A DNA stretch of 63,130 bases, filler included, from Folioceros fuciformis (Eukaryota), in NCBI GenBank assembly GCA_049999805.1. It is 20 parts of 20 records of this genome, joined end to end, with 100 filler letters (N's around TTAATTAATTAA, not from the genome) between each part and the next. Parts side by side here need not be neighbours in the genome. Positions count along the whole stretch, not along the records: positions 32,139 to 35,596 come from JBNGIO010000706.1; positions 35,697 to 37,420 come from JBNGIO010000707.1; positions 37,521 to 40,029 come from JBNGIO010000708.1; positions 40,130 to 43,437 come from JBNGIO010000709.1; positions 43,538 to 45,816 come from JBNGIO010000710.1; 15 more parts are not named here. The stretch is one strand, 5' to 3'. Made by a program: the position numbers and the translations under genes. The notes under the pieces were generated by a model, which ran no database searches, was not told where the DNA came from, and was given only the letters and a program-made list of their open reading frames with translations. Position 1 is the stretch's first letter, and the number at the start of each line of letters is the position of its first letter. Below, in pieces: positions 34,023-45,437 of the stretch.

Positions 34023-34610
34023 TCAAGCATATGTATCTTCAGCAACAGAGTCAGAGAATGTTAGCAGCAGGTTGGACAAACCATCTACAAGTATGTTTAT
34101 TAACCCCTGATGCTGTGTAGCGTTCCCTATTCTCTGATTTCTAATCTCCAACATGTTGTACGAATGTAGTGCACAGAAAGGACAAGAATTTAAATTGTTA
34201 AACTTATGAACTCTATTTGTTTTCTTTGCGTGCTTACAAGCTGCTCCTCTAAAAGCAAGATTAGCAAGCAAGGTAGGCTTCAACAAGGTTAGCAGTCTAA
34301 AGTCCAAATGATCTATCTTTTCAATTAGATCATGCAAGTCAACAGTCACTGCAGTAATCCTTTGTGAGATACAATCAAAACGCATGTCAACTTGTTGCTG
34401 GTGTGCCTCAATCTTGTTTATGAATTCATCAGCTGTAGGTGATTGAGAGAAATGAGAAGTTAGGAAACCTCTCTGATTATAATTTCTTTGAAGTAGTCGT
34501 TCTGTTGCAGCATTCCATGATGCTTGCGCGACGACTTCTGGCCCCTTGTGACGATTCTGGTGATGAATCCGCTCAGCAAGGCGATGTCGGCCATCCACTT
34601 GATCGGCCAT
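34023..34610 (-). CDS. Intact pre-gag accessory ORF (ORF0, 195 aa): coiled coil plus CxH-x7-H-x7-CxFC
   Basis: Same strand as gag, ending 88 nt before the gag ATG. The motif CKHAKKTNRVHKFNNLNSCPFCALH is shared with 21975-22339. Confidence 0.65.
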   Translation of the reverse strand: MADQVDGRHRLAERIHHQNRHKGPEVVAQASWNAATERLLQRNYNQRGFLTSHFSQSPTADEFINKIEAHQQQVDMRFDCISQRITAVTVDLHDLIEKIDHLDFRLLTLLKPTLLANLAFRGAACKHAKKTNRVHKFNNLNSCPFCALHSYNMLEIRNQRIGNATQHQGLINILVDGLSNLLLTFSDSVAEDTYA

Positions 34611-34928
34611 TCATTTGACAAGATTTTTGTGTTGACAAAATTCCTTTTTAAATATTATGTGTTATTTATGAATGCCACTAATAATCTGACTATAGATTAG
34701 GTAGTTGTCCTAGCACATCCTTGTTGATTTTGCTGAGGTAGCAAACCGGAAGGGATGCGTTGGGATCACTCCCTTAATCTAATAGAAATTACAAGTGCAT
34801 CTTCATAAACTATCAACACAAAATATATACTTTCTATTCTTTGTTTCTTAATTAAGAAACTTAATTTCTAGATCAAAATAAACAAGAAGACTACATAAAT
34901 GCATTTTTAAACGTACATTCATTACACC

Positions 34929-35053
34929 ACAACCTGCATCCTATTGCTATGATACCATGCACAACCTGCATCATATTGCTATGATACCATGCACAACTTG
35001 CATCCTACTACTATGGTACCATGCACCACGTGCATCCTATTGCTACGGTACCA
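34929..35053. repeat. 32-bp tandem repeat x4 containing a PBS-like motif
   Basis: Unit ACAACCTGCATCCTATTGCTATGATACCATGC; the minus strand reads TGGTATCATAGC. Confidence 0.85.
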
Positions 35054-35249
35054 TAACAAATTTAGGTAATTATAGATCAATTAAACATATTAAATAATCA
35101 CATTGTGTCAAGAATACAATAATAATGTCTTGGTAATAAGAATAACTTAAGTCACTTACAATAATAATGTATTGATCATAAGAATAACTTAAGTCACCTC
35201 TGAAACGTGAAACGTTGTGACCTAATCAAAGGACAAAACCCTCATGACA

Positions 35250-35507
35250 CAGTGCTCGCTATTGACACATTAGATTCATGTCCTCCTCCTCTAATTTGTG
35301 CATGAAGATGCTTGCCCTTCTGCAACGCTGGGGCGCCCATACTTGCACACGTCTGCAGGAGGCACACAAAGGTATTTGCATCAGGTACACCCATGCCTTC
35401 ACCTTGCATGGAATTGTTGAGATGGAGGGCTTCCTCGACCATACCTTGCCGAGAATATCTTGCTATCACGGTAGTCCAAGTTAATACATTTTTTTGATCA
35501 AGTTCAT
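35250..35507 (-). pseudogene. PLS-class PPR fragment
   Basis: KNVLTWTTVIARYSRQGMVEEALHL..MQGEG..PDANTFVCLLQTCAS..ALQKGKHLHAQI..HESNVSIAST, i.e. P-L-S motifs. Cut at 35249 and by a microsatellite. Confidence 0.88.
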
Positions 35508-35508
35508 T

Positions 35509-35596
35509 ATCTATCATATCTATCATATCTATCATATCTATCATATCTATCATATCTATCATATCTATCATATCTATCATATCTATCATATCTATC
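35509..35596. repeat. (ATCTATCAT)n microsatellite
   Basis: About 10 perfect 9-bp units up to the contig end. Confidence 0.97.
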
Positions 35597-36142
35597 NNNN
35601 NNNNNNNNNNNNNNNNNNNNNNNNNNNNNNNNNNNNNNNNTTAATTAATTAANNNNNNNNNNNNNNNNNNNNNNNNNNNNNNNNNNNNNNNNNNNNTTTC
35701 CGGTGGAGTGTCGACCCCTCTTACGGATGAGGAGTCCCCACTTGATTCCGAATCAGCCATGGCAGCCTATGATGAGTCTGATGAAGATGACACCCCGTTG
35801 ATACAGTGACCTAGGGAGCAGCAAAGGGACCGAAGGCTACCATCAGTCACCAACCCCGCAGCCCTAAATTCCACCCCAACTGAGATAGAGACACTGAGGG
35901 ATCCTGGACCAAGCCAGCCAATAGTTGAGGTAGGGTACCAGGTAGGGGATTTGGCGATGACACCAGTAGTGCAAGCACACAGTGGAGCACCAAATTTGGG
36001 GAGAAGGAGCCCAGTGAATTGGGAAGCAGCCCGAGGAGCACACGCCACAAGCCAAGGTAACGATACTTCGTTGGGAGTGTGGAGCAACATCGTTCGGTGT
36101 GGCCAATAGCTACAACACATCAATTGGGGAGAGGCCCGTGTA

Positions 36143-36724
36143 ATGATTGCAACCCTACTACAGGAGGACATAAGTCGGGATGCAAACCAAGCACGACTAG
36201 AATCCAAAGTGCAGGAATTGGAAAAGGAGCGAGAACAGTATCTCCTCAAGGATGGTGAGCAAAGGCAAGGACTGGAGAAGTTGACCCAGCAGGTGACCAC
36301 TTTGCAAACTTCCCAACAAGGTTTATCACATGAGATCATTGCATGTCAAAGGGACCTCGCCCAGTCTGAGGAAACTAGGAAGGTGGTGGAGGAACAGCTA
36401 CGGGAACAAGTCTACGTTGCAAAGGATTTGCAAGGCAAGCTAGATGAGTTGGAGGCACAGAATGCTAAAGCAAACCAGGAACTCCAGCAACGACTTGAAG
36501 CAGGGCAACGAGAGCGAGTAGAGAGGGAACAATTGACCATCCAATTAGAAGACCTTCAGCAGGAGAAAGCACAACAAGAAGCTGAGCATCAGACCAAGAT
36601 TCACAGGATGCTGGTGGTTCGAGGTCGTAGGTTTCGTGTTGACTATGCCTACTTGACGGGGTGCATGACCAAGCTTCATGCAACTCATCAAAAAAACCTT
36701 GACCTACAGTTGAAGGTCCCTTGA
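36143..36724 (+). other. Long coiled-coil ORF remnant, probably a transposon accessory protein
   Basis: E/Q/L heptad-rich 193 aa; flanking frames are broken by stops; 24-bp repeats at ~37043-37125. No family recognised. Confidence 0.4.
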
Positions 36725-37520
36725 TGGAGGCTGAACGGGATATCTACAAGAGTAGATGCGAGGGTGGGGATTGGGTTGTTGACATGGATACCATAGATCT
36801 CGCTCAATAGAATCGCAACCTCCACCTACACTAATGTCTACTCGCTCATCACAAGGAACTGGCAGCATTGGCAAGGCGAAGGTATCTTGGGCCACATGAT
36901 GACGACCGTGAGGCCTTGGAGACAGTGCCTCTACCAACAGACTTTCAAGAGGACAGCAGTATGGACCTGGAGAGCTCGCAATGGGAACCTGAGGAGCTGC
37001 TATGGGCTAGGAAGAGCACGCAACAAGGGGTACCTACTCCCGTAGGGAACCTACCTATGAGAGGAGGGGTAGGGAACCTACCTACGAGAGGAGGGGTAGG
37101 GAACCTACTTACGAGAGGAGGGGTAGAAATGGAAGGTACCCTACCTACAGAGGGAACATTCCCACCCTACGTAGGGAAGGAGCCTCAAGTTGAGGAACAA
37201 GAGGAACCCTCCCTTACCAAACTTGTAGGTGGTGGTGAAGGGATAGCCCAAGAGATCCACATAGAGGAATGTACGGTGGAAGCTTGTGGATCCAAAAGAA
37301 GACGAATCCCAATAATGGAGGGGGGCCCAGTGGCTCAACCTTTAGACTCTGCCTCCCTTCAAGAGCCATCCTAGCCATACCTTTTTGAAAAAGGGGGTCA
37401 ACGAATCTTCTATGGCGGCANNNNNNNNNNNNNNNNNNNNNNNNNNNNNNNNNNNNNNNNNNNNTTAATTAATTAANNNNNNNNNNNNNNNNNNNNNNNN
37501 NNNNNNNNNNNNNNNNNNNN

Positions 37521-37571
37521 AACCCTTTTTCAACCAAAACAAACTACTACCCCAAACTTTGGAGGTTTCCA
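37521..37571 (-). mobile_element. 5' stub of the high-copy long LTR
   Basis: ...CCCCAAACTTTGGAGGTTTCCA matches 33201-33252. Confidence 0.8.
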
Positions 37572-39147
37572 TCAGAAATTTGACATGAAAGACATTGGAG
37601 CTCTTACCTTTGTCCTCGGTGTCCAAATTATTCGTGATCTGGAAGCTGGCTCCCTTATGCTTCACCAAGCTAAATATATTGCTGAAACCCTGCACCGTTT
37701 TCACCTGGACACTGCTAAACCCGTATCTACTCCTGGAGTTGCAGGATTGAAGCTTTCTCATGATCAGTGTCCACAGACAGATGAGGAGCGCCAGGCTATG
37801 GCTCAGATTCCTTATCGTCATGCCGTGGGATGCCTCAATTACATTAGCTGTTGGACACGGCCAGACATTCAGTATGCTGTGAGCTCCGTCTCCCAGTTCC
37901 TTGATAACCCTGGCCCTGCACACTGGAGTGCTGTTAAACGTGTCCTTAGATATCTTAAGGGCACCATGCAATATGGCCTCTGCTTCCGGGGGCGAGAACA
38001 GGCACCTACCTTGTGCGGGTATGCTGATGCCGACTGGGCCACCGACCCAGATGCCAGGAGAAGCATCTCGGCATATTGCTTTACTTTGAATCACACTGCC
38101 ATTCACTGGAGTTCGAAGAAGCAATCTTCTGTTGCTCTGTCATCCATCGAAGCAGAATATAAAGCCTTGACGGAAGGTGCCAAAGAAGCTGTATGGGAGC
38201 GGTGTTTTCTGGCAGGCCTTGGATTTCCACAGTCACAGCCCACTCCTATTTACTGTGACAACATGTCCACAATAGCCCTGACTGCCAACCCCCGTTTCCA
38301 TGCGCGTACAAAGCACATCAAAGTGCACCATCACTTTATCCGGCATTCTGTGGAGCAACAACATGTGAAAATTCAATATGTTTCGACAGACCTAAACACG
38401 GCCGACATTCTGACAAAGTATCTTCCTGCTAGCAAGCACTATCAACATCTGGAGGCTATGGGTGTACAGGCTTGCCCTGACTCCCAGACCTAGTTTCTAC
38501 GAACTCCTGACCAGCTGCAGATTATGGTGGATGAAGCAACAAGCTCAACGTAATCGCATACTGTAGCTGACAGAGTACTTAGCTGTCTTGTGGCAGCGGG
38601 CTTGCAGCAGCGCATTTGAATTGCGCGTACAACTCATCTTCAGGGTGCAATGCTGGGACGGCGTCCAACTTCTTCACAGTCAACCAGAGTTGTAGCTGCC
38701 ACTCCCAGCCTGCTATTTGCCATCGTTGTTCAGTTGTAAACGCGCTATATCTTTGTTGACGGCCAGCCGTCTGGGCTTTCAGCTGTGCGCGTCCTCCGAC
38801 GTTTGTTCCTCCTTTGCTCTTCGCGCCAGTGCTGGTACAAGAGGTAGATCGCAATCACGAAGGAGCAAAGGGCGAGGCATTGGGCTATGGAGCCTGACAT
38901 GTTTGCGCCGTCACACCCAGCTAACTAGCGTGCTCCGTTTACGGGGGCGTGTTAGAAGAGAACCCTGTTATGGTTCTTATATAAACGAAGCAGCTTAATA
39001 GCTGTTAGTTATTTAATACCTAGGTTAATTTGAATAGACATGACTCTTGGATAATTTTGATATATAAGACACTTTGTATATTCATTAATATAACTTTTTT
39101 TCATTACCAGCACTTTGTGCGCATGAGTACATCTGATTTTATCAACA
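37572..39147 (+). mobile_element. Copia 3' end: RT-RNaseH (stop 38493), 3' region, PPT, 198-bp LTR 38950-39147
   Basis: YADADWA, KKQSSVALSS.EAEY, NPRFHARTKHI. ACGGGGGCG is followed by TGTTAG...TCAACA. Confidence 0.9.
38579..38900 (-). pseudogene. Antisense ORF with an N-terminal transmembrane-like segment, probable frameshift
   Basis: MSGSIAQCLALCSFVIAIYLLYQHWREEQRRNKRRRT (38900-38745). An overlapping frame continues to 38579. Confidence 0.4.
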
Positions 39148-40129
39148 GGCTCAGCCCCTTGAGAAAGGGCCACCTGCTTGGATCTTGTGCCTGGCCCTTT
39201 CTCATTTGGCCAATCCACCTTCCTTGATCCACCACAGACTCACTTGGAGCGTCGGGCGCCTGGACGCTAGCGCCCACCTCTGATCCGCTTGGAGGACTCG
39301 ACCGCCCCAGCTTGCCTCCTGCCTGCCTCAATTCCGTTAAGCACGATTCTGCACGTCTTGGCTCCACCTACTTGCCTGGATTTTGCGGGCAACCCGCCTG
39401 CTAGCCGACCTCCTACCTGCTGGATTTCATCAGCCTATCCGTGTCGCGAGGTAGTGCCATGCTCCCTGCCGGGTTGGCCTGGCCGTGATCCAGCCCGCTA
39501 CCAGGTTGCGCATCCCTTGCAAAGGTTTCGATCCGGCCTGCCAGCCCGCCAAGCCGTCAGCCGAACTACCTGCTCGATCGGCCATCCATGATTACCCCCT
39601 GCTAACCATCCGTCCTTCCCCCCAATGCGGGCTCTCCCCAGCCAGCCGCTAGGCGGTTGCCCGACTTCGAGATCCAACCTTGCCATGACGATCCAACCAA
39701 GTCGCTTGGATCTGGGCCACCTGATTCGCCCCCGTCTTGACGCTGGCACCCGCCCGCCTACCTCAGATCCCTCCCGGCTGCTTGTATCCACCCTGGCCTG
39801 CCTACCTTCCATTCTCTTGGCCGCATGTCGGCCACCCCCCTGCCTACCAGCCGCCAGCCTTCTTGGCCTGCCATGCCTCGATTCAGCCAGGTCGCTGTCT
39901 GGCCAGGGTCCAACCAGTCGACCTGGCTACCCGGATCCACCCAGACCAGCCACAAGCAGCTGGGCCGCTGCTGGCCTCCGAATCCGGCCCGTTAGCCCGT
40001 TGAATCCCCCAGCCACCGGCCCTGCTAGCNNNNNNNNNNNNNNNNNNNNNNNNNNNNNNNNNNNNNNNNNNNNTTAATTAATTAANNNNNNNNNNNNNNN
40101 NNNNNNNNNNNNNNNNNNNNNNNNNNNNN

Positions 40130-40497
40130 GCGTCGGATGTACTAACTAAGTATGGTATGGTTGAGTGCAAGCCAATCTCGATTCCTTTGGATCAAAATCT
40201 AAAGCTCAGTGCTCATGATGGTGAAGCACTTGAAGATCCAACAATGTACAGGAAGATTGTGGGTAGCTTGATATATCTCACTCTATCCCGACCAGATTTG
40301 AACTATACAGTGGGATTGCAAAGTCAGTTTATGCAGGCGCCAAGAAAGCCACATTTGGATGCAGTAAGGCGAACGTTGCGCTATGTGAAGGCAACTATGG
40401 ATCATGCTCTCTTTTATGTTGCAGATTTAGAAATAAACCTGTGTGGGTACACAGATGCAGATTGGGCAGGCAGTGTTACTGATCGTAGATCTAGCAC
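40130..40497 (+). mobile_element. Copia RT/RNaseH fragment, different family
   Basis: YRKIVGSLIYLTLSRPDL, YTDADWAGSVTDRRS. Confidence 0.92.
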
Positions 40498-43437
40498 TGA
40501 TCGCTGAGTTATCGAGCTCTATATGATCTAAACTCATGTGGTGTTAGTTATCCCAGTTGGGTTCATACTAGACTAGTTCTAGTTATTAGTGAACTTAGGA
40601 TAGTGTAGATTATCCCATATTGAACCTGGAAGTTGTGTAGCCCTAAATGTACTACTTAAATGGAGACCTCGGACCTCCATAGTAAGACTGATCACCTCCA
40701 TAATCTCCACAACCTGTACAAGCAAATCCCTTCCTTGGCACAAAAGCTTGCACATCAATTATTGGGTTCAAGTGAGGTAAATGACATGGTACACAATTTT
40801 TCACGTGATCCAAACAAGTTGTGCCATCCTTTCCCTCCAACTCTAGAATTCCATTCAACTTCACACTTCTCACCCTTAATATTATGCTACTTGCACTTTT
40901 ATCAATTGTTGTCATTGTCTTCCTCTGCAAATATACATAATCCCCAACTTCAAAGTTTTTCACCTTAGGCTTGAAATGCCCACTCCTTGTTTTCCTGTAC
41001 CTCAACTCATCCCTATGTTGAGCTATTAACGGATTATCCATTGCCATAGGCATTATTCTCCAAAACAACTCCACTCTATGTGTGACTATCTTTAACCACT
41101 TATTAGGATCGTCCAGATCCACTATAGCATTCACCTTGTCTTCTAACATCCCAGATAACTATGGTCTACGCCCAAACAACAGCATGTACGGTGAAAACTT
41201 TCCTAGCAATGCTTGCCTACTCATCCTATAGCCCATCGCAAGAAATGGCAACATCCTATCCCACTCACTCTTATCCATTACCAAATAGTAATTCCTCAAA
41301 GCACTCTTACATGTCTGTACCATTCTTTTTGCCAAACCATCAGTCAAGTGATTCCTTGAAGTTACGCTATGATCAATAAGATACTCATTTAAAAATTCAT
41401 CAAAATCTCTCATAAACTTATTAATCTGATCTATCAAAACTTCTCCACAAGCCCCAAAAACACTCAACACATGATTAAGAAATGCTTCCTTAATGTCATG
41501 TGACTTCTTCTCTCTCCAAGGCACCAAAACTATCCACTTAGAGAAATGTTCTATCATCACCAACACATACTTAAAACCTCTACGCATGACTGGTAACTCT
41601 CCAGCCAAATCCAAACTCCACCTATAAAACATCCCCCTAATAGGCAATGGATGAAGCTGGGACATTTTGCCTAAAAAACTTGCCTTCACCCTATCACAAA
41701 CCTCACAAGTAGACACCACCTTCTCAACTACATCCGTCATTCCTTTCCAATAATAATTGTTCATGAGTAAACTCAATGTTCTTTTTGTACCAAAATGCCC
41801 TAACTCTACATGAATCTTTTTGCCAAATTCATTCTTTCTTCAAGTCTTGGTACCACCTTCATGTTATCCTTAAACAATAACTTATTGTCAACCCATACAT
41901 ATCTCCTACTTCGTTTTGTCACCCTATTATTCTCCTTCACCATTAACGCCTCCTGATTGCCACCCTTCATCACCCTCTCCAATGTATTCTTGTTTTCCCA
42001 CACATCTACTGACACCGAAGGAACTCCCAACTCCACCAAATTCACCAAGTATGCACTCGGTGTCCATCTGGACACCACCATATTACAATCAACCCTAATA
42101 TTCTTATCAAAATCCTGCCCAGCAACTATTGAATCTTCTGAACTTCCTTATGGATTCCTTGACAACACATCTGCATTTGCATGTTTCACCCCCGCCCTAT
42201 GCTCAATAGAAAAATTATACTCCTGCAAAATAAGTGCCCACCTTGCTAACTTTCCTGTTACATTTTCACTCTTCAACCACTTCAAAGGCTGATGATCCTG
42301 AGCACCATACAAATAAGGCCTAAAATGCGATACTGCCCATACCGTTGACAAACATTCCCCATGATATGAGGAATAATTACTCTCTGCGGAATTGTTACTC
42401 CTACTTGCATACGCTACCACATGCTCCACCCCACTCTCATCATCATGTGCCAGCACTGCTCCCAAACCAAGTTTGCTCCAATTTGTATATATAACTTAAA
42501 CTTTCTGTCAAAATTGGGTCTTGTCAATAAAGGTTTACTCATCAAAATGTCCTTTATCTCCTTAAATGCTCTCTGCTGATCTTCTCCCCAAACCCACACT
42601 GCATCTTTCTTTAACAACATTGTCATAGGTTTCACCACCACACCGTGGTTTGCCACAAAATTGCGATAATAATTTACCAATCCTAAAAAGGAGCACAAAG
42701 TTCCCACATATGAGGGTGGCATCATCTTTGCTATTGCCTCAACCTTGACATCAGACAGTGCCGTAACCCTAGGCACTATAAAATGTCCCAAATATGCTAT
42801 CTTAGAGGATCCAAACCTGCACTTTTGTGGATGACATGTCAAACCAACCTCCTTCAGTCTATCCAACACTCGTCTAACATGCTCCTTATGTTCTTTCACA
42901 CTGCTACTAAGAATTATTACATCATCTATATAACACCTAGTAAGTGACAAACCTCTCAATGCTTGATCCATCGCTCTCTGGAAAGCACTAGGAGCATTCT
43001 TCAATCCAAACGGAATAACCACCCATTCCCACAAACATCTATTACCCAAAAAGCAGTCTTCTTCTTATCTTCCTCTTCAATTTCAATATGATTAAAACCA
43101 CCCCTCAAATCCAATGTTGAAAATATCTTACATTCACCAATTGCATCAAAAATTTCCTCTAGAGTTGGCATTGGATATATGTCCATAGGCGTCACTTCAT
43201 TAAGCGGCCTATAGTCACCACACATTCTCTTTTCTATCCTATTGCCATGCACATCTTTCTTTGGCGAAAGTACCGTAGCTGCTGCATACTTTGACTCCGA
43301 AGACCTTATCAATCCAGCTTCCAGCAGCTCTTGACACTTCTCATCCACAATCTCATTCTCCAGTTTACTCAAACGATATGGCCTTCTAAAAACCGGTTCA
43401 GAAGTTTTAAGCCGAATCTTAAACTTAAACGTCTTGT
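40498..43437 (-). mobile_element. Ty3/gypsy RT-RNaseH-INT with a truncated PHD-like tail and a putative 197-bp LTR (40694-40498)
   Basis: RMCGDYRPLN, STLDLRGGF, PFGLKNAP, CYIDD, VAYASRS, DHQPLKWL, integrase CEVCD/WSLDLAG, and DHVKNCVPCHLP..ACTGC. Order RT-RH-INT. Termini TGATC...GATCA. Confidence 0.93.
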
Positions 43438-43632
43438 NNNNNNNNNNNNNNNNNNNNNNNNNNNNNNNNNNNNNNNNNNNNTTAATTAATTAANNNNNNN
43501 NNNNNNNNNNNNNNNNNNNNNNNNNNNNNNNNNNNNNACTCTGGAGGTGACCAAGTCCTTAGCTGAAGGATCCGATTTGACAACGAGCATTATCATGTGA
43601 CTGCCTTCATCGTTGCCACTTCCCTTTGAAGC

Positions 43633-43898
43633 ATGGCAACGCGTAGTGGTCGAACGTATGGGGTTGATACCCACAGAGGGTGGAGCAGCTCATCAAGTTT
43701 GCTGGGTGGGACGGTAGATGGTCAACATAAGTTGCTATAGCCGGGGTCAGGCGCATCGAAGAAATCCTCAATCAACCTGGAAACACCAGTGTCAAATATG
43801 TCTGTGAGCTGTTGAAGATGGCCGCCAGGGTGTCGGTGCCGTTGGAGTATTCGCCTGAGGAAGGTGAAGGGAATCCAGTGGCTTCTGCTGCAGTGTGA
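43633..43898 (+). pseudogene. Antisense ORF remnant downstream of the minus-strand copia pol
   Basis: MATRSGRTYG..., then in another frame RVEQLIKFAGWDGRWST*VAIAGVRRIEEILNQ..YVCELLKMAARV. Confidence 0.3.
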
Positions 43899-44082
43899 TT
43901 TGATCAGGTCTGTCAAGCTTCATCCACCTCCAGGTCAGAAAGATTGTGTGGTGTAATTGTGAGAAGGGGACTGACGTGACTGGCTGCTTGTAGGAAGCCC
44001 TTATTTGGAGAAGGGAGGCACAAATTAAATTATCAGGGAACTAAGGTTCCCACCCCCCCTGAATCCAGATAAGTGCCCAAGC

Positions 44083-45437
44083 TCATGATGTTGTGTGCTC
44101 AAAGTAGGCGGCATAGTCGTGTAGTCCAAGTCCTGCCATATGAGCATAGTGTTTGAATTTGGGCAGAGGCTTAGTGAGGATATCAGAGATGTTGAGGTCT
44201 GTTTCAACATAATCAACTTTGACTACTCCTCGTGCAGCCACGTCTCGTATATAATGGTGCTGGATTTCGATATGCTTTGTTCTGGCGTGATATTTGGGTT
44301 GGGCAACAAGATCAAGAACTCCTGTATTGTCAGAGAGGATGAGTGTAGGCTCAGGCTGTGGGTGGCCAAGGTCCTTTAAAAACTGGCGCTCCCACTCTGC
44401 TTCTTTGGATGCCTCTGTAAGTGATTTGTATTCAGCTTCAGTTGAAGACAGGGCAATCGATGTTTGTTTCTTGCAGCTCCAGCTCACAAACGCATTGGCT
44501 AGGAGAAAACAGTAAGTAGACAGGCTGCGGCGTCCATCACTATCAGAACCCTAGTCAGCATCTGTGAAGCCAGATAGGTGAAAATCTCCCGTTCCACTCC
44601 TTTTGTAAAATAATCCATATGTGTGGGTACCTTGCAGGTACTTGAAGATGCGCTTCACAGCTACCCAGTGGGGGTGTCCAGGGTTCTCCATGAACGGGGA
44701 AATAGTGGTAACAGAGTATTGAATATTTGGACGAGTCCAATTGGAGACAAACATGAGGCTACCAACAGCATGTCTGCATGGTACCTCTGCCATGTCCGTT
44801 TTATCCTCAATGGAGGTAGGACATTGTGAAACTATCAGTTTGATACCTGCAGCTGACGGGGTAACTGCAGGTCGAGCCTGATCCAACCTGAATTTATGCA
44901 GGATCTCACGAACATATTTATGCTGATGGATAATAAGGAGGCCCTCCTCATGGACTCTAAGGATTTGAATCCCTAGACAGAACTTGAGGTCTCCTATATC
45001 TTTCATTTCGAATTTGTTGCTAAGTAGTTGTTTGACCTCAGCTAACAAGGGTTTACTGTTGGTGACCAGAATGACGTCGTCTACATACTGTGCAAGCACT
45101 ACAAAGGATGATCCTCTAGCCAGCCTGTAAACATTAGTGTCGGCAGCACTTTGGACAAAAGAGAGTCCCAACAGGAAAACATGAATCGTGAAGTACCAGA
45201 CCCTGCCAGACTGTTTAAGTCCATAGATACATTTTAACAGTTTCAGAACTTGTTGTGGGTGCTTCTTGCTAACATAACCTTTCGGTTGTTGCATGTACAG
45301 GTCTTCGTCTAAGGAGCCATAGAGGTATGCTGTGCAGACATCCATCTGCCATAGCTCTAGGTCGAACTTGGCGACTAGTGCAAGGAGCATCCTTATGGAT
45401 TGGGCTTGGACGACAGGGGAGAAAGTCTCTTGGTAAT
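44083..45437 (-). mobile_element. Copia RT-RNaseH, family of 16230-17933
   Basis: QMDVCTAYLYG, YVDD, FTDAD, KKQTSIALSSTEAEY; C-terminus GLHDYAAYF versus GLSNYSAYF. Confidence 0.95.

Noticed and set aside
35509-35589. MIDMIDMID repeat protein
   Set aside because: Translation of a 9-bp microsatellite that happens to be in frame with the PPR fragment.
39148-40029. Overlapping Pro/Arg-rich ORFs in a GC-rich stretch
   Set aside because: Open frames on both strands are explained by GC content; no recognisable domain.
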